Shown here: positions 22,570 through 32,000 of the stretch, piece after piece | How the letters are laid out: every line of letters begins with the position of its first letter | How positions within the stretch are numbered: the first letter of the stretch is position 1 | Translations under genes and position numbers: made by a program | Assembly (NCBI GenBank): GCA_054661495.1 | Contig: BAAFSQ010000021.1 | Location: 30,001-62,000, forward strand | Direction: 5' to 3' | From: Zygophlyctis sp. KS116 | Taxonomy: Eukaryota; Fungi; Chytridiomycota | Length of the DNA: 32,000 nt | The notes under the pieces: model-generated | Told to the model about the DNA's origin: nothing | Database searches by the model: none | Seen by the model: the letters and a program-made list of their open reading frames with translations, nothing else

Positions 22570-23464
22570 ATGCTGCAATGGAAGAGATTTGTATCTACAA
22601 TTCCCAAGGAAACAGACGCTGCATTAAAGGCTTTTAGCGCACGATCTGGAATTGATCTTCCGTCAAATGCCTTATTGAATGCATTAACTCACAGATCTTA
22701 CAAATCACAAGATGACTCCTCTGAAAGATATAAACTGATGGGAAGATCCGCTCTATCTTATTTTGTCACAGAATCAGTAATGTGCCAATACCCGAAATTG
22801 CCAGCAGGTGCATGTTTTTCAATCGTTCAATCATTGATTGGGGGATCTGCTTGCTCATCTGTTGGTAAGCAGCTGGGTGTGACATTGGTAATGAGATGGA
22901 AAAATGTAGAAGAACAGAAAGCCGAACAGTTTTTGAAGAAGAGATTGGCTAAAAAGGAAGAACGAGTGGCGGCTGATTTGGGAGAGGCTGCAGCAGTCGG
23001 ATCAGTGGTTGAATCTCTCATTGGCGCATTGCATCAAGAAGCAGGAGCCAAGAGTGCAAGAAATTTCATTAAAGCACATTTTTTATCTAGAGCAATAGAT
23101 ATGGACGCTCATGTTGATCTCTATTTGAAATTGCAAGAGCCAAGACTATTATTATGGCGTATATGTAAAACAAAAGGTTTAGCTCCTCCCGTTGCAAGAC
23201 TCATGAAAGAAAGTGGAAGGCTATCAGTATCTCCGATATTCATTGTGGGAATGTATTCTGGGGTTACAAAGGTTGGAGAAGGATATGGTAGTTCAAAGAA
23301 AATGGCAGAAAAAAAGGTATTTGAAAATATATTTTATACATAAGGCGATCAAAGATGCTCTTTTAAAACATTACTCTGAACATATAAAAGATATAAAGGT
23401 ACCTTCTGAGGATGGATTAGAGGAAGAATCAATATCTTTTTTTGAAGCAGAAGACAAGAAATAA
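22570..23464 (+). CDS. MRPL44: Mitochondrial ribosomal protein mL44 (RNase III-like plus dsRBD)
   Basis: ALTHRSY; degenerate RNase III fold; P..RLMKESGRLS..PIF.VG.YSG..K.GEGYGSS.KMAE. Intron 23317-23344 (28 nt). Confidence 0.9.
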
Positions 23465-23484
23465 TAGAATTTGGGATTAAAATA

Positions 23485-25561
23485 TCAAGTATGAGGAAAT
23501 AATCCATTTGAAATTCGAAAATACCTTCCATCATTTAATTTGAGAGCGCTTTCAGGATCATCTAAAGCAGTTAAATTAAGTTCACAAGCAGAAACCAAGT
23601 TTTTAAACTAAAATGTAAAAAAGTCTAGGCATACCTCTTGGGATTTGATATTCTTGGTTAATTTTGTTGCGCAAGCTAATGACTCTTGAAAGAGAGAGTT
23701 GGAAGCATCTTTGGTATTATCATTCTATATGTTTAGTTTTATTTACGAAATACCTTGAGTAAATTTTCCCAAAAATCAGAAAACAAATCAAAATCTTGAT
23801 AAGCAAGGTTGTTCAAATCTTCAAAGATCTTAAATCTATACCGATATTGATGCGTGTAAGAAAAAATCCTGTTATTTGGGAATCTTATATAATCTTTTTG
23901 ATATAGAAATGCAATGAAATATGCCAGGCCATGAAAGAATAGTTCTGAAGCTTTACATTTCAATATTTCTAAATTAAAATCGATGCCAGTTGAAGATATT
24001 GATAAGCTCTCAATAGATAGCCCATCAACTTGTTTCTTCTTTAAAGACTGTAATTTTGCTAAAAACTCTTGTCTTCTTTTGAAAATGTAAATGAGATTGA
24101 AACAAACCGCACATAATTCTATATCACTATAAATATACAATTGAAATCCAATCATAAGATAGTATATAAGTAGCCGAAGCTTAAAGTCAAACATTACCGA
24201 GCCAACCATATTAATTTCGGGATTTCCATACTCTGACAGTAATAAGACATTATCTAGAGGAGAACACTAAACATAAGACATGAAATAACTTACCAGTTTT
24301 TCTTCTAAATCCCATTCTTTTATAACATTATAAAATTTACGATGCCTTCGACAAGGATTGTAAAACATTACTTGTATACATTTTATCCAAACCTCTTGAA
24401 TCTGAAAAAATCTATTTTTTGATTCATTTTGAGACAAGACAAGATTCAAAAGACTAGAATTGCCATGAAAAGACCAAATAAAATGTCCAAAAAGGTCAAT
24501 TTCAGTAAATTCCCCTAATATTCTCTTATTTGAGTGAAATATAGAATTCTAAAATTAATTTTTAATCTAAATACAATCAACACAGACCTTCCTAAAGTAG
24601 TAGAATTTGGAAAACAATCCACAAAATCATAAACCAATTCCTAATATACGTAAATATTATAAAAACGTACCCATAGCTCTATACTCTTGAAATTGATCAT
24701 AACTCTTTCTAGTATCCATTTCCATTCCTTAAAAACGCTTCTTAATTCATTTACACACTGATCAAATGACATAAATTCCAATGGTTTTGTCTGTACTTGT
24801 ACATATAAATGTCTATTTAACTCTACATCAAAAAAAGATTCTTTTTCATCTTGATTTTCCAAGATTACTTTCAATTTTTCCAAATCCTGTCCTAGTATTT
24901 CTAGCAAGGAAATTGAAGATTTGTATTCATTACACTTTAGTAAACCCATTATTTCATATAATTTCTAAATATTTAAAATCTAAAAATTCTAAAATACATT
25001 AAAGAAACCGATTATAATTCTTAAGTTTGCAGCGTCTTTTGGCCATTTACTAGTTAAATTCAAAAATTCAGAGTCTATAATTTGCTCTATATCATCCATA
25101 CTTAACCAATCATAGTATTCAAACCCAGTATCTATAGACTCTAAAAAATAATCTTCGTATAAAAGAAAATTTCTGTTTATAGTTTGCAACAATGAACCGC
25201 CATTTACAATTCTAGCACCTAGTATTAAGAATGCATGTCCCTGTAACGGTTTAACCAATTTACAAGCGAATAAAGTTGTAGATAATGAAGTTGCCTTTAT
25301 CAAATGTTGAAAAATCCCAACAAGAATTTCACTGATAAATTTATAAAATTTAGAAATGGATGGGAAATTGTAATTGATGACAAGATTTTGATCATTGTCG
25401 GTGCAATTCATGAAATTGTCCATATTCTCCTTATCTATTTGTATAGCAGAGACTGAATCATAGAGATTAAATTTTGAGCTCGAGACAAATGGATTCATGA
25501 TTGGATCTAATTCCTTGGAAATGCAATCTTTCAGCTCCATTGTTATATCTAGTTGTCGCAT
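23485..25561 (-). CDS. NAA35: NatC auxiliary subunit Mak10/NAA35, divergent
   Basis: N-terminal LDIT...FNLYDSVSAIQID..NMD; SLSTTLFAC; LYEDY; NPCRRHR; YRYRFKIF. Introns 24965-24997, 24641-24670, 24549-24573, 24267-24293, 23725-23753, 23608-23634. First in-frame ATG is at 25561. Confidence 0.75.
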
Positions 25562-25617
25562 AACTTTTTCAGGAAATTCTGTAGGGCTCCCGTCAGACAA
25601 TAAACTAGTCAATACTC

Positions 25618-26463
25618 TTAATTTTTATTGGCCTTGACTCGCATTGACTTGTTGTAAATGATTTTTGCAATATCTAAATAGCCCTTGTTTTTAGCCATAT
25701 TGTATGCATTATTTCTATTAGAAAATGGATCAACTTTAGGATGATCTATAAGATATTGAACAATCTAATTTTAATATATAATAATTACTCCAGTTTTTCC
25801 TTGTGTACTAGCTACTCTAAACGCATTATTAGAATCTACTCCAGGATTTACTCTAGGATCTTTAATTAGTAATTCAACAATATCAAAATGTAAATTAACC
25901 ACAGAGTATCGAAGAGCATGATCATTATCTGCTGATGGATTTACTCTAGGATCTTTTAATAATTGTTGTACTAATTCAAATCTTCCATGTTCTGCACAAG
26001 ATTTAATTGCAATATTCTTTCCTGCGGATGGATCTATTCTAGAATCTTGAAGGAGTCTAGATAAGATGAAAAAGTTTCTAAATTTAGCAGCAATTACAAA
26101 TGCATAACAATCATCCACAGATGGATCAATTCTAGAGTCATTTAGTAACAATTCCAAGAGATTAAGATCTCCGAGCCTGCAAACTTGATTTAGTAAAGAA
26201 TTCTTATTAAAGCAAGGATTGACTCTAGAGTCTGATAGTAAATATTCAATCGCTTGAAAGGATTTATGTTTAAGAGCAACTCTGATTGCTAAATCATTTT
26301 GTTGAGATGGATCAATGAGATTTGAGTCTAGTACTTTCTTTACAAAGTAGAAATTCTTCTTTTTTATAGCATCGATAAATGAAGAAAAATAGTCTGATTT
26401 TGAATTCGGAAGTCTGATCCCTAATATATTGGTTTGATTGAGAGCTGCAAGAGATCTTTTCAT
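25618..26463 (-). CDS. Ankyrin-repeat protein with ~34-aa LLxDxRV(D/N)PS repeats
   Basis: About seven repeats (DSNLIDPS, DSRVNPC, DSRIDPS x2, DPRVNPS, DPRVNPG, DHPKVDPF). Intron 25765-25788 extends the last repeat to TAA at 25618. Confidence 0.88.
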
Positions 26464-26504
26464 GTTTTCAGTTTAGGCCAGAATTTCCAGGATTTTGGAA
26501 CCAA

Positions 26505-26553
26505 GTGCTTGTAGGTGCTTGTAGTGATATCAGAGGATTTTAGGGTGCTTGTA
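26505..26553. repeat. Three copies of GTGCTTGTA between the divergent ankyrin genes
   Basis: Copies at 26505-26513, 26515-26523 and 26545-26553. Confidence 0.85.
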
Positions 26554-26614
26554 CGTGTGAAAATTTCCCCACAAATTTTGTCAAAATTTTTTTTTGTTTT
26601 TATCAATTTTAAAA

Positions 26615-28624
26615 ATGATTGTCGCAATCTTGTGCATTTTTCTGCAATTAGTATCGCCTTATCCATCAAAGAATCTTAATACTATGGCAAAGGATGGGGT
26701 TATAGAGAAATTGGCAAAAAGACCTAGGTTGGATTTACCAGTGATTTCAGCTGATAATGTTGGAAAAATTATGGCTTTTGCTGGGTTTTCATTTAAAAAA
26801 GCTTTTAAAGTTATTAGTGGGAAAGAGTTTGCGCCCGGTGAATCAATGATGCCTAGAAATTCTCATTTTTTTTCGGTTTTAAGATATCATGATGCAAAAA
26901 AGGATGATAATTTTGCATTAAGGAATTGGTTTGATCTTGAGCCTTCAAAAGAGAAATTGGAGCAATTAAAATTTCTATTAGATAATCCTACAGTACACTT
27001 TTTTATTGAAAAAATGTATGTATTGGAACAAGCTTCTCAATTGGGAGATTTGCAAATCATTCAGAAACTATTAGAAAAGGGACTTGTGCCGAATTCAAAA
27101 GCAGTGATTCAAGCTTCAAAATATGGGCATGATCATATTGTAAAGTTCTTTTGGAAGTATCCAGATTTGATAAAAGATAGACTATTAGAATTTGCAATGG
27201 AAAATGGAGATTTGAAGCTGGTAAAGGATATTATAGAAGATCAAAATTTACGAGGGGATCTTGATGATGTTGATTTGTTGGCGAATGCTTGTGAACAAGG
27301 AAGTTTGGAAATCGTAAAGTTTTTATACGAAGAAAAGGGATTCAGATTCAGACAATATTTTGTGGATGAATTTCTGATTGGAAGTACAATAGGAGGTGGA
27401 AATGTAGAGGTCTTAAAATATTTTTTGGATACTATCAATATATTGGATGTTTCTGACGCGGATATTAGATGGGAAATTCTTGATGAGGCTGCAGGTAGTG
27501 GAAATTCAAATATTTTAAGATTTTTATTTCAAGATGAAAGATTTAGTCTTGAAGCTAGTAGAACTACGGATTTGATCATGGAAGCAATTAATTGGACAAA
27601 TTTAGACATTTTAAAATTCTTGACGATTGAAAGAAATATTACTCTTCCAGAGAGTTTTGATCCTGTCTTGATTGCAAGAACTTTTGATACTGCTTGCTTT
27701 GTTGGAGAATTGGAATTTGTGGAATATTTTGCCAATGAGTACCCGTATCTACGGGCTCGAAAAAATTCTGCATGGCTTGCTCTAAAGTATGCAGTCCGCT
27801 CTGGTAATAGTCCAATGATGGAATATCTTTTTAGCAATTTTGATTTACAGGATAAAACTCTTGATTTTGAAGAGATTATTAGAATATCTAAAAAAAATGG
27901 TCATGGATTGAAATCTTTACAGGAATATTTTAAATCAATTAATTTTCTATTTAATAAACTAGGAATTAATGGAAATACAGAGTTAATGAATCTTGCTATT
28001 TCAAACAAAAACACAAACCTGGCACGATATCTATTGCATGAATGGAAAGTAGTACCAAATCAAGAATCTATTGATCTCTCAATTTCTTCTACTAATTTGA
28101 ATAATCGAGACTTTAGTCTGGTCAATTATCTGGTTGAAACGTATAATCTTTTACCAAATCCTCAAACACTTAATTGGTTAGTTTTTATTAATTCCTTGTC
28201 TCAATATGATTATTTATTAAGGAAAGGAATGAAGCCACAAATAAGAGATTTAAATACTGCTATTTTTCTTCGACAAGATGCATTTATCAATTACTTTTTG
28301 GAGAATGGAGTGGTTCCAATCAAAACCAGTCTTGATATTGCCAGTTTTGAAGGAAATTTGAAGCTTGTAAAGTTATTTTGTGAAGACTTTGGCATCATGC
28401 CTGATGAAATCACTTTTGAAGCAGCAGCTGTGGAGTTTGGTAATGAATTAAGCATAAGTCCCGAGCATCCAGAAGTAATACGTTATTTACAGTCATTGGC
28501 TGATTTACCTGCAGATCAAGAAAGTTTGGAAGGGAGATTATACTCATTACTAAAGTCTAATTTCTATCAACAATTGCATGTGAATGCTGCGACTCTAGTA
28601 AAAGTTCAGTATGGATCAACATAG
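26615..28624 (+). CDS. Predicted secreted degenerate ankyrin-repeat protein, 669 aa, intronless
   Basis: First ATG is at 26615. Hydrophobic N-terminus MIVAILCIFLQLVSP; many A..xGxLxIVxxL repeats (ASQLGDLQII, ASKYGHDHIV, ACEQGSLEIVKFL, ASFEGNLKLVK). Confidence 0.85.
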   Translation: MIVAILCIFLQLVSPYPSKNLNTMAKDGVIEKLAKRPRLDLPVISADNVGKIMAFAGFSFKKAFKVISGKEFAPGESMMPRNSHFFSVLRYHDAKKDDNFALRNWFDLEPSKEKLEQLKFLLDNPTVHFFIEKMYVLEQASQLGDLQIIQKLLEKGLVPNSKAVIQASKYGHDHIVKFFWKYPDLIKDRLLEFAMENGDLKLVKDIIEDQNLRGDLDDVDLLANACEQGSLEIVKFLYEEKGFRFRQYFVDEFLIGSTIGGGNVEVLKYFLDTINILDVSDADIRWEILDEAAGSGNSNILRFLFQDERFSLEASRTTDLIMEAINWTNLDILKFLTIERNITLPESFDPVLIARTFDTACFVGELEFVEYFANEYPYLRARKNSAWLALKYAVRSGNSPMMEYLFSNFDLQDKTLDFEEIIRISKKNGHGLKSLQEYFKSINFLFNKLGINGNTELMNLAISNKNTNLARYLLHEWKVVPNQESIDLSISSTNLNNRDFSLVNYLVETYNLLPNPQTLNWLVFINSLSQYDYLLRKGMKPQIRDLNTAIFLRQDAFINYFLENGVVPIKTSLDIASFEGNLKLVKLFCEDFGIMPDEITFEAAAVEFGNELSISPEHPEVIRYLQSLADLPADQESLEGRLYSLLKSNFYQQLHVNAATLVKVQYGST

Positions 28625-28650
28625 TTTTAAACCTAATAAAACCCTAAGAA

Positions 28651-29942
28651 ATGAATTTATTTCAATTCCTTCCAATTGCTCTTATTCAAGTGTTTTCCAT
28701 GACTTTAAGCCCTATATCCTCTAATAGTCTTGTCACCAATGCAATTGTGGGAATTTTTTGGAGTTTGTCCCTAGAAAATGGAGAAATTACTACTTTTAAT
28801 AGAAATTTCAGATCAAAACTTAAACTTGTTTTATTCAAAAATATTAGCAAAACATGGTTCATTTTTGCTAAAAATTTCTATAAATTCTCAATTCTGGCTA
28901 TAATAGGAATTTTTTTGCAAAGGCAAGTGTTTTTGTGGATCAAAACAATCTTTGCAAGTTTAATCACTATTTATGTCATGCAAATAATTAATTCAGATTT
29001 TTCAGAATTGAAATTTAATAGTCCAAAGGAGGATTTAAGAAAATTTTCATGTCAAAAGATGGATGCCAAGGTTTTGTATACGCTAAATAATTTGCCAAAG
29101 AGTCATATTAGAGAGTTATTTGTGGAAAAGGATCCTGATCCGACTCTATGGACAGTATTTTCAGAGATTTATGTCAATAGAATCAAGGATTTTATTCAAG
29201 GGACTAGTGGTCAGACTGTAAAAGTAATTGATAAAAAAGAATCTGGTTTTGCTCCTGGAAGAGCAGTATCTGGAGAAACTATGAGATCAAGGACAAATAA
29301 TACTCTAAAGAGTAAATGGACAAAATTCTGGGAATTAATTTATGAAGAGGATAAAAAAACAGAAAATTTAGATCAAGGACAACAAGATTCAAGTTTTTCA
29401 TTACCAGATTTATTAAAGTCACGGAAAACTCAAGAATTGAAAGACTTGGAAAAGAAGGCTAAAATCAAGAAACTCTCATATTTTTCTTTTGAATCTATTT
29501 TCAATTCATGGATTACTAGTCCTAAAAAAGAATTTGATGCTGTTTTATGGATTTCAAAAGACTTTGAGTCTCATGTATGGACTTTCTCAAGTATTTTTTT
29601 TCAAGTTTAATAGTAGCATTGTGTAATTGGGTTGTTGCAGCTACAAAGTTAGATAAATATGGTATTGTGGTGAGTCAATTACCCACTTTGTTGACAGTTA
29701 TGATGGATGCCCTTGAAGTTTTGGAAAAAATAGATACAGAACAAACTCAAGCAAAGAAAATAAAGTCTACTCACATTTCTAGTCTTATTGATGGTAAATA
29801 TTTTGTATTTTAATTTGGAAAAGTGATCAAAACCGGTGTTTACAATATTAGAATTGCATTAGGAGACGAAGCTCCTAGAATAGTCCGTGAATTATCAGGT
29901 TCTGCTTCACGATTTGAAAAGTTTGTACTCTATTCAGAATAA
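28651..29942 (+). CDS. NDC1: Transmembrane nucleoporin Ndc1-like protein, shortened
   Basis: Hydrophobic N-terminal part; C-terminal LCNWVVAATKLDKYGIVVSQLPTLL resembling the conserved Ndc1 'L..L...S..ED.YG.VQ..LP' block; IKTGVYNI..A.G. Introns 29591-29616 and 29794-29823. Confidence 0.65.
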
Positions 29943-30025
29943 ATTTAAAAGTTTATTTCATTTTGTAGTGATTCGTATTCTTTATAAACTGGTTTTACAT
30001 CTAGTTCTGGTTCTAAAAAACTATT

Positions 30026-31128
30026 TTAATTGCGTGACTTTTTCATTGGTCTTTGGGAACTACTCTTTGGCGAATGAGTTCTTTTCTTCTATTTTCTTTA
30101 GCAAATCAAATTACCGCTACAAGACCCTTTTTACCAACAGAACCTACTGATTCATCTCCAATAAAATGATCATCAGAAATTTCTCCTTTTTTAATTTTAA
30201 CTACTTTCAAGTCATGTTCTAATTTTTCCAATTGTTTCTTCATTTCCAATATATCCTTTGCCTTTTCTCGTAATTCATCATATTTTGCCAAAATTGCGCT
30301 TGTTGCCATTTTTGGCTTTATAGGAACTCCTGCTTCTTCTAAAAGTACATTTACTTTTGTTTGTAGTCCACTTTTTACTGGAATCATTTTTGTAGATCTA
30401 AGAGATATATTTGAAACTTTAACTCGAGTTAATATTTCATCCAAAGATTCTCTAGAACCTTCAATTGACGGCCTTTTCCTCTTAATTTCATAATCATCCT
30501 TGACACTACTTTTCCTCTTCTTTTTATCTAATAAACTTGTTAATGTAGAAGGAGGAACTGAAGGTGGTTCTACTCTATGATCCTTTAAATGTGTAACAAT
30601 TTCATCATGTTCCTTTTCCCAAATTTCCTGATAGTATTGTCTTCTCTTAATTTCCTTGAACAAAATTTCCTCTTCCTTCAAGACTGATTCTGATCTAGAA
30701 TATAATATTTCTAAATTCCTTCTTCTTTCATTTTCTTTAAATTTATCATAATGATATTTCTGTAAAGACTCCTTGACTATTGGATCTGAAGATGAATGAG
30801 ATTCTAAAATTCTTTTCCTTTGAATTTGACAATACCTGTCCTTCAAGTCTGTTAAACTCCTATTAGACCCACTAAATTCAAATCTATCATGAATTATTGA
30901 CCAACGAGCATCATATTCCAACACTAAATCCAAGAGATAATTAGTTTCTTCCAGACTCCAGTCTCCATCGGCAGTAGCAACGGGTTTAGATAATTTTGTA
31001 TTAAAGAGAGAGAAATCCCCATCATTTCCTCTTGTCCAGTAAGAAATCCCATTTCTTTTTTTCAGTTCCCATTTTCTAGACTCTACTGATTTACTGAAAT
31101 TTGGGACCAGCGGCGGCAGTGAAAACAT
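30026..31128 (-). CDS. SWC4: SWR1/NuA4 subunit Swc4/Eaf2 (DMAP1)
   Basis: SANT domain WSLEETNYLLDL...YD.RW.IIHDRF; RSL.DLKDRY; E.ERR..LE.LY.RS....EEE.L; LRST; KPKMAT. Intron 30089-30114 gives a basic tail KKRTHSPKSSSQRPMKKSRN*. Confidence 0.9.
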
Positions 31129-31165
31129 TTTTATTTTTAAGATTTTCAAGATTTAGCTTTGATGC

Positions 31166-31247
31166 TCTACTGCTCTTCAGGATCTACTGCTCTTCAGGAT
31201 ATACTGCTCAGCGGTCTTTAGGCTCTACTGCTATTAAAGCTATTAAA
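31166..31247. repeat. 17-bp tandem repeat TCTACTGCTCTTCAGGA x2 with partial copies, followed by GCTATTAAA x2
   Basis: Exact units at 31166-31182 and 31183-31199; partial copies near 31200-31211 and 31222-31232; 9-mers at 31230-31238 and 31239-31247. Confidence 0.88.
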
Positions 31248-31266
31248 CTCTTAATGCTAATCCGCG

Positions 31267-32000
31267 TCAAGGCCCAGAGTAGAGAACTTTGGAAAATGAT
31301 TGCGGTGACTTTGTATCTAGTAAATCATTTGCCAAATCCCCCAAATCATCCAAAACATCTTGTGCTCTCATACATCTTTTTCTTCTTTTAAATGCAGACA
31401 AGGATGCATTTCTTACTAGATTACACGCTTGTAAAGATTGTTCCAAAAAACATGATTCATCCTTTTCTTCCCATCCTATAAAAGTACCCAATGTTCCAGC
31501 TAAAATATCTCCCAGACCTCCTACTCTACGTAATCCAGATTCACAATCACTTAAAAGTGTATTTTGACCATTACTAATCACATCTTCTTGTCCTTTACTA
31601 ATAATTGTTAAATTTAGTTTTACAGCTAATTTTTCTACATTTCTTAAATGATCTTTTTCAAAGACTAGATTAAAAGATTCAAATAATCTTTGAAATTCAC
31701 GAGCATTTGGAGTTAATATAGAATTTGAAAAATATTTAGGATATTTAGGTACTAGTAATAGAGCATCGGCATCTATAATTAGAGGAATTTTGTATTTTGA
31801 AGCTTGTTGAATGAATTTAAAAGCAGATTCCAACATTATAGGACAATTTGATAGGCCAGGTCCAATTACTAGAGCTGATAATCTTGAAAATATTCTAGGT
31901 AATTCAGTTAATACAGAATCATTATTAAGAATAGGAAATACAATTAGATCAGGAGAATAAGATTTAATCACTGGTGCAGCATCTTTATGAGTAAAAATAT
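31267..32000 (-). CDS. NNR2: ATP-dependent (S)-NAD(P)H-hydrate dehydratase (NAXD/CARKD); 5' part outside the window
   Basis: AAPVIKSYSPDLIV; VIGPGL; IIDADAL; ILTPNAREF; SKG..D.I; RRVGGLGDILAG. The frame is open to the window end. Confidence 0.93.
   Translation of the reverse strand, partial: IFTHKDAAPVIKSYSPDLIVFPILNNDSVLTELPRIFSRLSALVIGPGLSNCPIMLESAFKFIQQASKYKIPLIIDADALLLVPKYPKYFSNSILTPNAREFQRLFESFNLVFEKDHLRNVEKLAVKLNLTIISKGQEDVISNGQNTLLSDCESGLRRVGGLGDILAGTLGTFIGWEEKDESCFLEQSLQACNLVRNASLSAFKRRKRCMRAQDVLDDLGDLANDLLDTKSPQSFSKVLYSGP

Noticed and set aside
25562-25612. TTG start for NAA35, and other TTG/GTG starts in the ORF track
   Set aside because: These are eukaryotic genes; such starts are mostly internal exon positions, and family similarity begins at the ATG at 25561.
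27241-27837. Antisense and alternate-frame ORFs (also 1692-1922, 11039-11269, 18642-18851, 20773-21009, 22827-23021, 29887-30150, 31101-31567)
   Set aside because: They shadow well-supported genes and have no recognisable motifs.
31166-31211. CRISPR-like array
   Set aside because: The units are contiguous 17-mers without unique spacers, there are no cas genes, and the context is eukaryotic.

Overview
This is an AT-rich, very compact eukaryotic genomic segment read in the standard genetic code. It is probably from an early-diverging (chytrid-like) fungus, which is an inference from gene content and DxRVDPS-type ankyrin repeats. By hand I reconstruct 25 protein-coding genes in 32 kb, two of them cut by the window edges. 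Most are housekeeping genes: OST3, beta-carbonic anhydrase, KMO/BNA4, CDT2, COQ2, uL3m, eIF4A-III, SF3A3/PRP9, WDR26, uL10m, EAPP, PIG-C, an LMBR1-like gene, MCM5, NDUFB9, PP2A-B56, mL44, NAA35, NDC1, SWC4 and NAXD. The rest are one unknown gene, two ankyrin-repeat genes, and a 52-aa metallothionein-like gene that the ORF track misses. The ORF track is fragmented because genes are split by about 73 tiny GT-AG introns (23-39 nt, almost all 24-30 nt), 16 of which use an AAG acceptor. Intergenic spacers are tiny: two stop codons overlap and divergent gaps fall to 31-48 bp. I found no rRNA, tRNA, CRISPR array or recognisable transposon. All gene models are manual and unverified by transcripts or database searches.
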